A stretch of 64,000 nucleotides of DNA from Chitinophagales bacterium (GCA_046329495.1 JAXLUO010000018.1:15045-79044); one strand, 5' to 3'. Counted from the first letter of the stretch, positions 28,756 through 39,452 are shown. A program made the numbers and translations. The notes: generated by a model from the sequence alone, not told the origin.

Positions 28756-31700
28756 TTATGCTTCAACAATCGAAGGCGGTAAAAGTTTGTATAATACCGG
28801 TGTTACTAAACGGGATAGTAAAGTGGAAGAAATCAATCCACCTATCAGCACCCATGCCAGCGGCGAATACAGCGGGTTAGCCTCTAAGGCCAGCGGCAAC
28901 AAGCCACCTATCGCTGTTAACGATGTCAATACGATCGGCACAAAACGCACCTCCCCGGCTTCACGTATCGCTGTTTCAATATCCTTGCCTTGCTTACGCA
29001 ATTGGTTGGTAAAGTCTACTAACAGAATAGTATTCTTCACTTCTATACCAACCAGCGCTATTAAACCGATAACTGCTACAAACGAGAACGGATAACCCAG
29101 CAACAGCAACATTGATATAGCCCCTATTATACCCAATGGTATTACCGACAGCACAATCAATGTGCTCTTAAAACTGCGGAACTCTAATATTAATACACCA
29201 ATAAACCCAAATACGGTTATAAGTATAATAGAACCCAGGCCGCCAAAACTTTCCTGCTTGCTTTCCACCTCACCGGCAACTACATAACTGTAACCGGTGT
29301 TAAACTTAAACTGCTTCAGTTTCTTCACTATCTCATCATTCACATCACCCGTCAAATAGCCCGATTTTACAAAGGCGGTAATAACCACATACCTGTTCTT
29401 ATCGTAGTGCTTTATACTATTAGGCGATGATTCAAAACTTACCTCTGCCACCTGACTTAACGGTATAGCCGCACCAGTTACGCTGTTCACATACAAGCGC
29501 TTAAACACGTCAAAGCCCTGCACCCTATCAACCTTTGGTAAGGTTACGTGTATATCCTGGTCCTCATTATCTGCATCCTGAAAGGTGCCCACATTTAAAC
29601 CTGCCACGGCTAAACGCACAGCGCGGTTAATCTCTACCGTAGGCACACCCAGCATGCCTGCCTTTTCCTTATTAATGTGCACCCGTAAACTATTGCTTTG
29701 TGTAGCCAATGGATTATTTACATAAATAGTGCCCGGTGTTTTGCGGAACATATCTTCCACCTGATACGATAGCACACGCAGCGAATCCAAATTCTCGCCA
29801 AACAAACGGATGGCAATCGGCGCCTCAATCGGCGGACCTTGCTCAAAGTCCTTCACCTCAATCTTGGCATTCGGATAACTTTTAAAGGTTTCGCGCAACT
29901 CGTCAATAAACTTTTCCTTTTCAACCGGCTCGGTAGAAGGTTGCAACTGCACAAACACCTGCGCAAAATTTTCCGATTCGTTGCGCTGTATCACGTTGTA
30001 ATAAATACGCGGGTTACCCTTGCCTATGTTGGTAGAGAAATTGCGGATGATCTTATGCTTCTGCAATTCACCCTCCACATAATGCGCAATGCGGTCGGTT
30101 TCATAAATATTGGTGCCGTCCGGTGTTTCAATGTTCACCATAAACATCGGCTTCTCCGATTTAGGGAACAAACTAAAGCCCACCACCGGCACTAAACTTA
30201 CCGCACCGGCAAAAATGCCACCTGCCACCAGCAGGGTAATTACCGGGTGCTTTAAAGCACGGTCCAAAAACACGGCATAAGTAAGGTGAATGCCTTTCTT
30301 CAAGCCTCTTAAAAAGATATTGCCATCTGGATTTTCATGATCCGTTAGCATAATGCTGCTCAGAAATGGCACAATAGTAAGCGATACAAACAGCGAAGCC
30401 AGTATCGTTAATATCACTGCCATAGGCAAGCTGCGTATAAAGTCGCCGGAACCTTCCGGTAAAAACACCAGAGGCAAAAAGGCGAAGATCAAAATCGCCG
30501 TGCAGCCTAATACCGCTAAGCCTATCTGCTTGGTAGCTTCAATTGCGGCTGTGCGTTTGCTAACACCATTGCGTAAAAAGCGTTCTATATTTTCTACCAC
30601 CACAATGCTGTCATCCACCAGCAAGCCCAACGCGATAATGAAACCTACAATACTTAATTGGTTGATGTTGTAACCAAACAAGTGCAGCAGCAACAAACCA
30701 ATAGACAACGATAACGGTATCGAAACCATCACTACCGAGGAAGCCCTAAAACCCAGCGGCAGCAACGTGATTAATACCAGCAAAATGGCTATACCAAAAT
30801 CCCTCGCAAAGTGGTTCAAGCGTTTCGATACCCCTTCGTGCTGATCAAACATTTTAGCAAAGGCAATATTCTTAGGCAGTCCTGTTTTAAACTTTTCTAC
30901 CACCGGTTCCACCTGCCCGGCAATAGAAACAATATTCTGTCCATCCTTCTGCGAGGCCGTTACAAACACAGCCCGGTGTCCGTTGGCACGCGTCATATAC
31001 TTATCTTCATCATATGCCTCGGTCACATTCGCCACATCTTTCAGGTAAACAATCTTGGTGCCCGAGCTATTGATAATGGTATTCCGTATCTGTTCCGCAT
31101 CCTGATACTTACCACTGGTTTTTACGTTGAATTTTTTGGTATTGATGTCAATGGCCCCTGCAGGTATGTTCACGTTCTCGCTCTGTAAGGCACCAAGTAT
31201 CCTGCTCAGCGGAATTTTATACTGTGCCATTTTTTCAATGTTCAGTTCCACATCCACGCGTTGTTCGGGGTAGCCCCAGGCCTTTACATTCTTCAGCGAT
31301 TTATTTTTCTCTAACTCCTTCACCAGCACATCGGCCTGTTTACGCAACTGCACATAGCTGGCGTTTTCACTTATCAGCGCAAACTGGTAAATGTTCACAT
31401 CGCTACTGCTGCTCTTCATAATATCCAGGCTATACAGATCCTGCGGCAGATCCTTACGCAGCGAGTTCATCTCCCGCACCAGTTCCTGATACTTGGTATC
31501 TACATTGCTTTCGTATTTGTAGTATACGCCTATTACCGCCACACCATCATCAATGGTGGAAACCACTTTCTTAATATCGTCCAGTTCATTCACCCGCTTC
31601 TCTATTGGGTCAACCACCAGCTCTTCCATATCGCGCGGACTGGTGCCGGGGTATACCGCAATCATGTAATATTGCGGCGCGTTAAATACGGGGTCCTCGC

Positions 31701-31803
31701 TGCGGGGCATGGTAAACATGGTGCTTACACCAAGCGCCAGCAGGGCCACAAATACCACCAGGGTAAACTGGTAGTTCTTAACCGAAAATTCAGTTATACG
31801 CAT
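28756..31803 (-). CDS. RND efflux transporter permease (AcrB/HAE1-like)
   Basis: 1015 aa with 12 transmembrane segments and two large periplasmic loops. Typical blocks are SIVGFIIALGLLVDDSIVVVENI and GLIALVGIEVKNTILLVDF. Confidence 0.95.
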   Translation of the reverse strand: MRITEFSVKNYQFTLVVFVALLALGVSTMFTMPRSEDPVFNAPQYYMIAVYPGTSPRDMEELVVDPIEKRVNELDDIKKVVSTIDDGVAVIGVYYKYESNVDTKYQELVREMNSLRKDLPQDLYSLDIMKSSSSDVNIYQFALISENASYVQLRKQADVLVKELEKNKSLKNVKAWGYPEQRVDVELNIEKMAQYKIPLSRILGALQSENVNIPAGAIDINTKKFNVKTSGKYQDAEQIRNTIINSSGTKIVYLKDVANVTEAYDEDKYMTRANGHRAVFVTASQKDGQNIVSIAGQVEPVVEKFKTGLPKNIAFAKMFDQHEGVSKRLNHFARDFGIAILLVLITLLPLGFRASSVVMVSIPLSLSIGLLLLHLFGYNINQLSIVGFIIALGLLVDDSIVVVENIERFLRNGVSKRTAAIEATKQIGLAVLGCTAILIFAFLPLVFLPEGSGDFIRSLPMAVILTILASLFVSLTIVPFLSSIMLTDHENPDGNIFLRGLKKGIHLTYAVFLDRALKHPVITLLVAGGIFAGAVSLVPVVGFSLFPKSEKPMFMVNIETPDGTNIYETDRIAHYVEGELQKHKIIRNFSTNIGKGNPRIYYNVIQRNESENFAQVFVQLQPSTEPVEKEKFIDELRETFKSYPNAKIEVKDFEQGPPIEAPIAIRLFGENLDSLRVLSYQVEDMFRKTPGTIYVNNPLATQSNSLRVHINKEKAGMLGVPTVEINRAVRLAVAGLNVGTFQDADNEDQDIHVTLPKVDRVQGFDVFKRLYVNSVTGAAIPLSQVAEVSFESSPNSIKHYDKNRYVVITAFVKSGYLTGDVNDEIVKKLKQFKFNTGYSYVVAGEVESKQESFGGLGSIILITVFGFIGVLILEFRSFKSTLIVLSVIPLGIIGAISMLLLLGYPFSFVAVIGLIALVGIEVKNTILLVDFTNQLRKQGKDIETAIREAGEVRFVPIVLTSLTAIGGLLPLALEANPLYSPLAWVLIGGLISSTLLSRLVTPVLYKLLPPSIVEA

Positions 31804-31854
31804 ATACTATCTTTTAAATCCGTTGCGGACTATTCTTTACAATCAAATCCGGAA

Positions 31855-32934
31855 TTATTTACCGGCAGTTTCAGTGGTTGCAGCAGATACCTGCACGGCA
31901 ACACCATCGGTCAGGTAAGCCGAACCATCGGTTATCACCTGCGCCGTAGCATCTAATCCACCCGAAAGCATCACTTCCTTATCCTTTATAAAAGCAATCT
32001 TAACCGGTACCTTATGCGCCTTGCCGTTATCTACAGTAAATACAAAGGCATCCTTTCCATTGCCTTCTATAATGGCATCAATAGGCACAGCCACATATTG
32101 CCCGCTGGCCGATGGCGTAATCTCTGCCTTGGCAAACAAACCGGTCGCCATGTTCCTGCCTGTAGGCTTTAACTTAATCTCCGCCTGGTACAAACCACTC
32201 ATCGGGTCCGGCACCTGCGATAGTTTTGAAACCACACCGCTAAAATTTTCGTTGGCATAAGCATCAATGGCAATGCTGGCACTGTTACCAATTTGCAGGC
32301 GCGCCCAATCTTTATCCGATATACCTACCTTCACTACCCAGTCATTAGCACCGGCTGAGGTCATATAAAATATAGGCAAGCCGGGCGATACGATCTCGCC
32401 TTCATTCATCAGCTTCTTTACAATTTTGCCTGCTGCGGTAGCGCGTATCTCGCTGTAATTGCGATTGAATTTCGCCATCTCGTATTGCTGCTTAGCCACA
32501 TTTAAACCGGTAGTAGCATTCTGCAATTGCTCCAGCGATGCCACCGTGTCGCGGTATAAGTTGCTGGCACGGTCGTAATCGCGCTGTGCTTTTTCTAAAC
32601 CCTGCCTAGCCTGTTCCACCATGGCATTTATCTCGGTTAAATTCAGCGTAGCCAGCAGTTGGTCCTTTTGTACCGATTCACCTTCTTCTACATAAATGCG
32701 CTGAATAACACCACCGGTTTTAAACGAAAGTCTTGCTTCGGTTTCCGATTGTATAAAGCCCGACGCCACTACAGGGTCGGTGGTTACAATGGCATGAACC
32801 GTAGCCAGTTTCACCGGCGTTTGGGTAACATCAGCAGCCGTTTCGGTTTTACCGGCTTTGGCACTGCAGGCATAAATGAACACAGCAAGCGCAAGGGCCG
32901 CTGTTAGTGTTAAATAAATAGTCCTTTTATTCAT
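31855..32934 (-). CDS. RND efflux periplasmic adaptor (membrane fusion protein)
   Basis: Lipoprotein signal (FIYACS), coiled-coil hairpin and beta-barrel pattern. Adjacent to the RND pump. The start is set at MNKRT. Confidence 0.85.
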   Translation of the reverse strand: MNKRTIYLTLTAALALAVFIYACSAKAGKTETAADVTQTPVKLATVHAIVTTDPVVASGFIQSETEARLSFKTGGVIQRIYVEEGESVQKDQLLATLNLTEINAMVEQARQGLEKAQRDYDRASNLYRDTVASLEQLQNATTGLNVAKQQYEMAKFNRNYSEIRATAAGKIVKKLMNEGEIVSPGLPIFYMTSAGANDWVVKVGISDKDWARLQIGNSASIAIDAYANENFSGVVSKLSQVPDPMSGLYQAEIKLKPTGRNMATGLFAKAEITPSASGQYVAVPIDAIIEGNGKDAFVFTVDNGKAHKVPVKIAFIKDKEVMLSGGLDATAQVITDGSAYLTDGVAVQVSAATTETAGK

Positions 32935-32944
32935 AACAATCTTT

Positions 32945-34312
32945 TTATTGGTTGATAGATGCACCCGCTACAGCACGCTCCAGTTCAGCATACTTTATCC
33001 AGGCATCGAAATAGGAAATTGATTTTTGCAGACTCGCCAGCGTTGTTTCATTCCGGGCATCCAGATACTCGATATACAAGGCTTGTCCTTCCTTATACTT
33101 CTTGTTCATCAACCCAAAATACTCCCCGGCTGATTGTTCCTGCTGCCTTGCACTTTCGTACTGCACGCCGGCCGATGTATAGCTGTTATTGGCAGCAGTG
33201 GCAGCTAACTCCAATTGATTTTCTACATACTGCGTTTGTGCGTTCAGCGCCTGTAGTTCCACCTGCGCCTGCTTTATGCGGTGCACATCGCGCAGGCCGT
33301 TAAACAAATGCCAGTCAAACGAAATACCTAACAGGTAATAACGCGAACTGCTGTTGAATTTAAAATCCGATGCCTGCGAACCCAAATTCATCTGCGCACC
33401 AACTTTGGGTATCCAGGCGCTTTTTTGCAAACTCAGAATATGCTGGTCAACTTTCTTTGCTAAACCCAGTTTCACCAACTCCTCGCGCTTACCGGCGTTC
33501 ACCGAACTGCTTGCCGGCAAGGGTTGCAAATTGTTCAGCAGTGTTTCATCAATGGCAATCTCGCTATCCAGTGGTTTGTTCAACAAAAAGTTGAAATAGG
33601 CCGCCGCATTCTTTTTGGTATTCTGTGCATCGGTAAGTTTGGCTTCTATCTTATTTACCTCGCTCTTGGCGCGACTCAACACATAGGCCACTTCCTTGCC
33701 GTTATCAACCAGTTTCTGATTTACCCGCTCGCTTTCTTTTACCAGGCCCAAAGCTGCTTCATAAATCCGCACAGCCTGCACCGCCTTCAGGTAATTAAAG
33801 TAGGCCACCTTAATATCCTTTACCAGTTCGCGCTTGTAAATGGCTACTTCGTTTTGTTGCAGTGCTACCTGGTCTTTCTTAATGCTTCGGTTATACCATA
33901 CTTCGGCATTAATTAATGGCAAACTGGCCTGGAAATACGCATTATAAAAATTCTTAGGGTTTAATTGTTCCGATACATTGCTGATGGTAGGGTATTGCGG
34001 CGAACCCGGCGCAAACACCGCATTTATCGCATTCAGGTTTTGATATACCGGGTTCATTAAATCGCCTACCGGTATGTCAATGCTTCTGCCCCCGCGCGAA
34101 TCAAGGTAATTGGCCTGCAGACTGATATCCGGAAAAAACAGCCCCATGCTTTCTTTTAAAGCATACAAGCTTTTGGTTAGTTGAAAATTCTGCTGCTTGA
34201 TAGCCTGGTTGCTATCCAACCCCTGTTGCACATAGGCATTTAGTATATCACCTTGTGCTACAGCCAACTGAACCGTTAGCAGTAGTAAAAAAAGTAGTTT
34301 AATCGCTCGCAT
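32945..34312 (-). CDS. TolC-family outer membrane efflux protein
   Basis: 455 aa with a signal peptide and two repeated alpha-helical/beta halves. First gene of the efflux operon. Confidence 0.85.
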   Translation of the reverse strand: MRAIKLLFLLLLTVQLAVAQGDILNAYVQQGLDSNQAIKQQNFQLTKSLYALKESMGLFFPDISLQANYLDSRGGRSIDIPVGDLMNPVYQNLNAINAVFAPGSPQYPTISNVSEQLNPKNFYNAYFQASLPLINAEVWYNRSIKKDQVALQQNEVAIYKRELVKDIKVAYFNYLKAVQAVRIYEAALGLVKESERVNQKLVDNGKEVAYVLSRAKSEVNKIEAKLTDAQNTKKNAAAYFNFLLNKPLDSEIAIDETLLNNLQPLPASSSVNAGKREELVKLGLAKKVDQHILSLQKSAWIPKVGAQMNLGSQASDFKFNSSSRYYLLGISFDWHLFNGLRDVHRIKQAQVELQALNAQTQYVENQLELAATAANNSYTSAGVQYESARQQEQSAGEYFGLMNKKYKEGQALYIEYLDARNETTLASLQKSISYFDAWIKYAELERAVAGASINQ

Positions 34313-34328
34313 ACTTTTATGTATTAAC

Positions 34329-34349
34329 TTAATGAACAGTGTTTAGTAA
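34329..34349. promoter_or_regulatory. Putative TetR operator upstream of the tolC-mfp-rnd operon
   Basis: ttaatgaacagtgtttagtaa has the palindromic core AACAGTGTT. It matches the site at 35017-35036 in 17 of 19 positions in the opposite orientation. Confidence 0.55.
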
Positions 34350-34364
34350 TCAGCCAAAAAAATA

Positions 34365-34991
34365 TTACGCCTTCAGTAATCCCATCAACTCATCTAATGC
34401 ATGCAACATCATAACTCGCAATTGATCATCTTCCATATCCATCACCTTAAATCGCTCGCGGATCTTTAACGAAACAAGCCCATGCACCATACTCCAGGTA
34501 TACATGCTGGCCAAATTAGCATCGCTGGCGCGTATCAGCTTTTGCTCCATGCATTCCATCACTGTGGTCTGCAACAGTGCAAAGGTACTTTCACCGCACT
34601 TCCAGCAATTCTCCTCAGCATGCTTTTCTGCAATGGCCTTCATCGGCGCACGCATAATAAACATCAGGTCGTAGTATTCCGGATTCTCCAGCGCAAAATC
34701 AATATAGGTGGTTCCCAGGGCACGCAAACGCTGCAACGGATTTTCAATGCTCATGCATTGTTGCATCAAGCTTAACAACTTACCAAACCCTATCTCGTGG
34801 ATGGCAAAGAACAACTCGTCTTTATCTTTAAAATACAGGTAAATAGTGGCGGGGCTATACTCTATCTTCTCAGCAATATTCCGGATGCTGGTCTTCTCAT
34901 AACCATCTTCCAGAAACATTTCCGTAGCAGCTTCCAAAATGCGTTCCCGCATTTCCATCTTCTCACGTTCTTTTCTTTCAGCTATACCCAC
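34365..34991 (-). CDS. TetR/AcrR-family transcriptional regulator
   Basis: N-terminal HTH (YEKTSIRNIAEKIEYSPATIYLYFKDKDELF). Located directly upstream of the efflux operon. Confidence 0.9.
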   Translation of the reverse strand: MGIAERKEREKMEMRERILEAATEMFLEDGYEKTSIRNIAEKIEYSPATIYLYFKDKDELFFAIHEIGFGKLLSLMQQCMSIENPLQRLRALGTTYIDFALENPEYYDLMFIMRAPMKAIAEKHAEENCWKCGESTFALLQTTVMECMEQKLIRASDANLASMYTWSMVHGLVSLKIRERFKVMDMEDDQLRVMMLHALDELMGLLKA

Positions 34992-35016
34992 GGCTCATCC
35001 CTATTTACGGTGCAAA

Positions 35017-35036
35017 TTTACTGAACACTGTTTATT
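35017..35036. promoter_or_regulatory. Putative TetR autoregulatory operator
   Basis: tttactgaacactgtttatt lies 26-45 nt upstream of the TetR start. It has the same AACA-N-TGTT core and flanks as the 34329-34349 site. Confidence 0.55.
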
Positions 35037-35148
35037 TTCCAAATTTTACTCTACAAAATTTTCACCTTATTCCTCCTACCATCCTGCTCATCAACCTTTA
35101 ATCATACATTAGCCCATAGCCAAGCAAGGTGTCTAAAAGCAGTATTTT

Positions 35149-36999
35149 ATGCAGGATTGGGATTTAAAAACAGTGGAGGAACTGGAGCAATTAGTACCGC
35201 CAGAACCGGTTACCGAACAGGATATCGATTTGTATAACCGCCTGGCCGCTAAATTACTGCATGTTAATCGCGACCGGGCTTTTGAACTTGCCACCAGCGC
35301 CCGCAAGGCTGCTTTGGAACTTAACTATACGTATGGCGACATAAAGGCGCGGTCCTCACTCGGTTGGTTACAGTCCGACCCCCAGCAAGGCATCGCCCTT
35401 TTAATTGATTGCATACCCCAGCTTGCGGAATTGAACAAACCAGTCGACCAGCTTCCCGTGTTTAAAAACCTCTCGTTGCTCAGCCGCAAAGCAGGCGATT
35501 TAGATGCAGCCCTGGAGTATGCAAAGCAGGCCGTATTGTTATGCGAAACACTACAACTTACCGATAGGTTAGGCAATAGTCTTAGCTTATTGGCTACCAT
35601 CTATATTACGCGCTGCGATTACGCACAGGCTTTGCAACTGATGTTAAGGGCCCTGGAATTATTAGAGGAGTATGGGCAAAAAGCTGAAATAGCATCAGCC
35701 TGCAGCAATCTGACTGCCTTATATTTTAATCTCGAAAACCTGGACAAGGCACTGGAGTACGCCCAAAAAACTTCGCAAAATTATAAGGAGGCCAACCAGC
35801 ATATGTTATATGCCGAAGCGCTCTTAATTGAAGGACAATGCTGGGGCCGCATGGATAAACCCACCGAAGCGTTGCAATGCTTTGAGGCTGCCTTGCTCGA
35901 AGCACAACAGATACATCATACCGAACTGGAAGCTGAAATTCTTGTAAACATGGGCGGTTTACATTTGCTAAAAAAAGAATACGATCCGGCGCTTTTATAT
36001 CTATCGCAAGGCCTCAACCGGTGTACAACATTAAAATTACTGCAACCGCAAGTGTATGCATTAATGTGCCTGGGCAATTTATTTAAATCAGCCGAATACC
36101 CGAACCGCAACCTGCAACAAGCGGAAGAATATTTGCTGGAAGCCCTTGCTGTGGCCGAGCCTAATGGATTGAAATGGGATACGCGTGAAATTACCGGAAC
36201 ACTGGCCGATTTATATGCCACTACGGGTAACTGGCAGGCTGCCTATAACAATCAAAAGCGCTTTACCATTTTAGAAAAGGAAATAAACACCTCTGAATCT
36301 CGTAATCAACTTGCCAATTTTGAAATTGAAAAAGAATTGGCCCTTACCGTAAAAGAAAAAGAAGTAACCGACCGCATACTGCACAATATCCTTCCTAAAA
36401 AGATTGCTACCCGCCTGCGCACCGGCGACGAAGAAATTATTGAACGCTACGAAAGTGCAACGGTGCTGTTTGCTGATATCGTTGGTTTCACCACGTGGAG
36501 CAAGGATATGCCCATAGCCGAACTGGCCAAAACGTTGAACAAAATATTCAGTTTGTTTGATGAGCTGGCGCATCGTCACAAGGTCGAAAAAATCAAAACC
36601 ATCGGCGATTCGTATATGTGCGTGGCGGGTTTACCGGAACGCTGCGATGATCATGCCGAACGTATAGCAAACATGGCCTGCGCTATGATTTCCCATATCA
36701 GCGGTCTTTTCCCTGATGGTAAAATACAATTGCGCATAGGCATACAAACCGGCGAAGTAATTGCAGGTGTATTGGGTAAAAACAAATACGCTTACGATTT
36801 ATGGGGAGACACCGTAAATACAGCCAGCCGTATGGAAAGCCACAGCCTACCGGGCCGCATACAGGTTACTGAAGAAGTTAAAAATTTACTGGCCGGTAAG
36901 TTTATCTTCCATCAACGCGAAGAAATGGAGGTAAAGGGAAAGGGAACCATGCATGTATATTTTCTGGAGCCCCACGCCTCCGGTATTTCGATATTGTAA
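35149..36999 (+). CDS. TPR-repeat protein fused to a class III adenylate/guanylate cyclase domain
   Basis: About 380 aa of TPR-like helical repeats, then a coiled coil, then the cyclase domain (ATVLFADIVGFT, KTIGDSYMCVAG, GDTVNTASRMES). Confidence 0.9.
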   Translation: MQDWDLKTVEELEQLVPPEPVTEQDIDLYNRLAAKLLHVNRDRAFELATSARKAALELNYTYGDIKARSSLGWLQSDPQQGIALLIDCIPQLAELNKPVDQLPVFKNLSLLSRKAGDLDAALEYAKQAVLLCETLQLTDRLGNSLSLLATIYITRCDYAQALQLMLRALELLEEYGQKAEIASACSNLTALYFNLENLDKALEYAQKTSQNYKEANQHMLYAEALLIEGQCWGRMDKPTEALQCFEAALLEAQQIHHTELEAEILVNMGGLHLLKKEYDPALLYLSQGLNRCTTLKLLQPQVYALMCLGNLFKSAEYPNRNLQQAEEYLLEALAVAEPNGLKWDTREITGTLADLYATTGNWQAAYNNQKRFTILEKEINTSESRNQLANFEIEKELALTVKEKEVTDRILHNILPKKIATRLRTGDEEIIERYESATVLFADIVGFTTWSKDMPIAELAKTLNKIFSLFDELAHRHKVEKIKTIGDSYMCVAGLPERCDDHAERIANMACAMISHISGLFPDGKIQLRIGIQTGEVIAGVLGKNKYAYDLWGDTVNTASRMESHSLPGRIQVTEEVKNLLAGKFIFHQREEMEVKGKGTMHVYFLEPHASGISIL

Positions 37000-37158
37000 C
37001 AGACTTTTCTTTTGTAGACCACATTGCCCAATGTGCTCATGCTATCCACCTGCACGAGCGGTTTTTACTAAAAAGCAGAAGAATCTTCGCTTCAACCTCT
37101 TGTCGGTGCCCTTGCCCCGCGCGGTACAAACTTTGCCCTCCTAAACAAAAGCAAAACC

Positions 37159-37518
37159 ATGAAAAAGAAACCGCCCGTTCCCGAGAACAACCTAACCCCT
37201 AAAGAAGATTTCAGCTACCCTTCATCAGAGGATATCTATAATCAGGAACAAAAAGTAGCCAACCTAACGGCCGAAGACGGCACACCACTGGAAGAAATAA
37301 CCAAAGAAAAAATGACGGGTTGGAACGAAAAGGACAGTCGGCAGGAAAAAACCGGCGACGACCTTGATGTGCCCGGTGCTGAATTAGACGATGCACAGGA
37401 AGCCGTAGGCAGCGAAGATGAAGAAAACAACTACTACAGTTTAGGTGCCGATAAGGAAGATGGCAACCCAACGCAAAACGAAGATTACATCAACCAGGAT
37501 GTGGAACCCGAACCTTAG
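37159..37518 (+). CDS. Acidic hypothetical protein
   Basis: 119 aa, D/E-rich and low complexity, probably disordered. Confidence 0.45.
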   Translation: MKKKPPVPENNLTPKEDFSYPSSEDIYNQEQKVANLTAEDGTPLEEITKEKMTGWNEKDSRQEKTGDDLDVPGAELDDAQEAVGSEDEENNYYSLGADKEDGNPTQNEDYINQDVEPEP

Positions 37519-37521
37519 TGG

Positions 37522-38526
37522 TTACGGAATATCGGTATAGTTAATCTCTACCCAATCCGATCCGTTCCACAACAACATTAAACTGTCGCCGTCGCCCATA
37601 TCGCGGCTGCTGGTACTTAAGCGCATGTTGGTGGTGGCAGGGTTGCTTTCTACACGTATGTTATTACCGCCGGTAGCAGTTACATTCAGCAACAAAAGCT
37701 GCCCGCGTACCACACCATCACTCAGCGTTGTTTTAGCCGAGCCGCCGTTAACGGTCGTTACTATATTAAAGTAACTACGTCCGCTAACATCCAACGTAAA
37801 ATCGGTGGTTACGTTTACCGTGGTATCGCGTAGCGATATGGCGCCGTTAATATCCATAGCCGTGGCCGGTGTAACGGCTCCTCCGCCTACACACATTTTT
37901 TTCGAATTCATACTTACGCCATCCGCAGTAATCCGCATCGATTCGGTTCCGTTCCGCTTAAATACCACATCGCTGTTATCTATTGTACCCAGCACGGCCG
38001 GTGTGCCTAAGCCGGTATTACCACCGGTAGTCCAAACCGTATTCGTGCTCTTAATAGTATCGTTGCCCTGGCCCACCCATATAGTGCCGTGGTCGTTCAC
38101 ATCCATTACGGTTACCGAAACTGCCGGCGACTTTGCCGCATATAAAGCATAAGGCACACTCATAAGCTGACTGGTACCCATATCCGTATAATTAATGCCT
38201 GCTGCAGGGTCTAACTCTACCTGCATAAATCGTTTGCCGCTCCAGTCTACGGTATTAAAGTTGCCGCTCACGGTTGTGCCACCACCTACCACCACCGAAA
38301 ATATACCCAGCGGTGTAGTAATAATGCTATCCCGCTCACTGTATAAAATCGGACCCGTAGCGCTATCCGCGTGAATGCTGATTTGCACGGTTGCCAAATG
38401 GTTAGGCATTATACTCCCTTGGTTATCACGCAGCACTGCCTGATAATTAAAACCGGGCGCCTGGGCGTTCACAAATACAGAGAGAATAAGCAGAAGAACA
38501 AAAACGGGTAGTTTTTTGAAGATCAT
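37522..38526 (-). CDS. Secreted protein sharing the N-terminal domain of the collagen-like protein
   Basis: Signal peptide MIFKKLPVFVLLLILSVFVNAQA. FNYQAVLRD ... [15 protein letters not shown] aligns with aa 27-129 of the 996 aa protein. Confidence 0.7.
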   Translation of the reverse strand: MIFKKLPVFVLLLILSVFVNAQAPGFNYQAVLRDNQGSIMPNHLATVQISIHADSATGPILYSERDSIITTPLGIFSVVVGGGTTVSGNFNTVDWSGKRFMQVELDPAAGINYTDMGTSQLMSVPYALYAAKSPAVSVTVMDVNDHGTIWVGQGNDTIKSTNTVWTTGGNTGLGTPAVLGTIDNSDVVFKRNGTESMRITADGVSMNSKKMCVGGGAVTPATAMDINGAISLRDTTVNVTTDFTLDVSGRSYFNIVTTVNGGSAKTTLSDGVVRGQLLLLNVTATGGNNIRVESNPATTNMRLSTSSRDMGDGDSLMLLWNGSDWVEINYTDIP

Positions 38527-38801
38527 AGCAACTTGGTTATTCGGTAAAATGGTTCCAACCCTACAAACCACAGTTTGTAGGCATAGTGCATGAACGAATG
38601 CCGGTTAAGAAGGTTTCAAAATCAACCCAAATAAATTAACAAAAGCAATATATGTGGACTATTTGAAGCTTTTAACCGCGTTCGGATACATATACGCCAT
38701 ATTCCGCTAACCGGATCAATGCAATGGCAAAAAAAAGTTGATGTTATTTAAAAATAAGACGCCTCCGATCCTGAACTGATAGTTAATGTATTGTCCAACT
38801 A

Positions 38802-39191
38802 TCATTTATCATACTTCCAGAGCACTTTAAATGCCGGTTGATCGTATCCGCTATATATTTTCATTTCCACCTGCTCTCCCTGCTTTAGCAAGTCTAAAAT
38901 AGGCTTATCCTCTGTCAGGTATTTTAACTTCTTCTCCTCATAATAGCTAACCTCGCTCGTATAAGTAAGTAGCGGATCCGACAGGCATACATTCTTTTTA
39001 TCCAGTACTTTTAAATTATACTCAGTGCTACTCGTAGACAAAGTAATATAACGGATGTTATTGCGCGATTTTATACACTTGGTTTGTCCATTCCACACAA
39101 TACGGTTAGGTAGAGCGCAGGCACTGAATGCCATTATAAATAATGACAAACACCAAACCAGTTCTGTTCTAAAGGGTTTAGTTCGATTCAT
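38802..39191 (-). CDS. Hypothetical exported protein/lipoprotein
   Basis: 129 aa with an N-terminal hydrophobic segment ending in SAC. AT-rich surroundings. Confidence 0.45.
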   Translation of the reverse strand: MNRTKPFRTELVWCLSLFIMAFSACALPNRIVWNGQTKCIKSRNNIRYITLSTSSTEYNLKVLDKKNVCLSDPLLTYTSEVSYYEEKKLKYLTEDKPILDLLKQGEQVEMKIYSGYDQPAFKVLWKYDK

Positions 39192-39452
39192 CTACTATCT
39201 CCCCCCAATACCGTGTAAGCCCCCCGTTTTTAAGATAGGGTTGGATTAGACTATTGCTGTTTAATAATGATCGAAGTTAAATAATTTATATCAGAGCTAT
39301 TATTACTAGAACCGCTGTTGCATGTGGTAAACTCCTGCGAGCCTGAGCGGGGCGGAGTTTGGGTAACTAAGGAAATAAGGTAAGCACTGTTATGGAACTA
39401 AATCGGTAGCAGCTAAAATTTTAAAACGGGAAGACTGGAAGACACCTATTAT

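Noticed and set aside
28683-31956. Numerous antisense ORFs of 65-134 aa within the RND pump gene. The same pattern occurs inside ligD, the acyl-CoA dehydrogenase, lepA, sdhA and other long genes.
   Set aside because: Each lies fully inside a long CDS with strong family motifs on the other strand. They are shadow ORFs.
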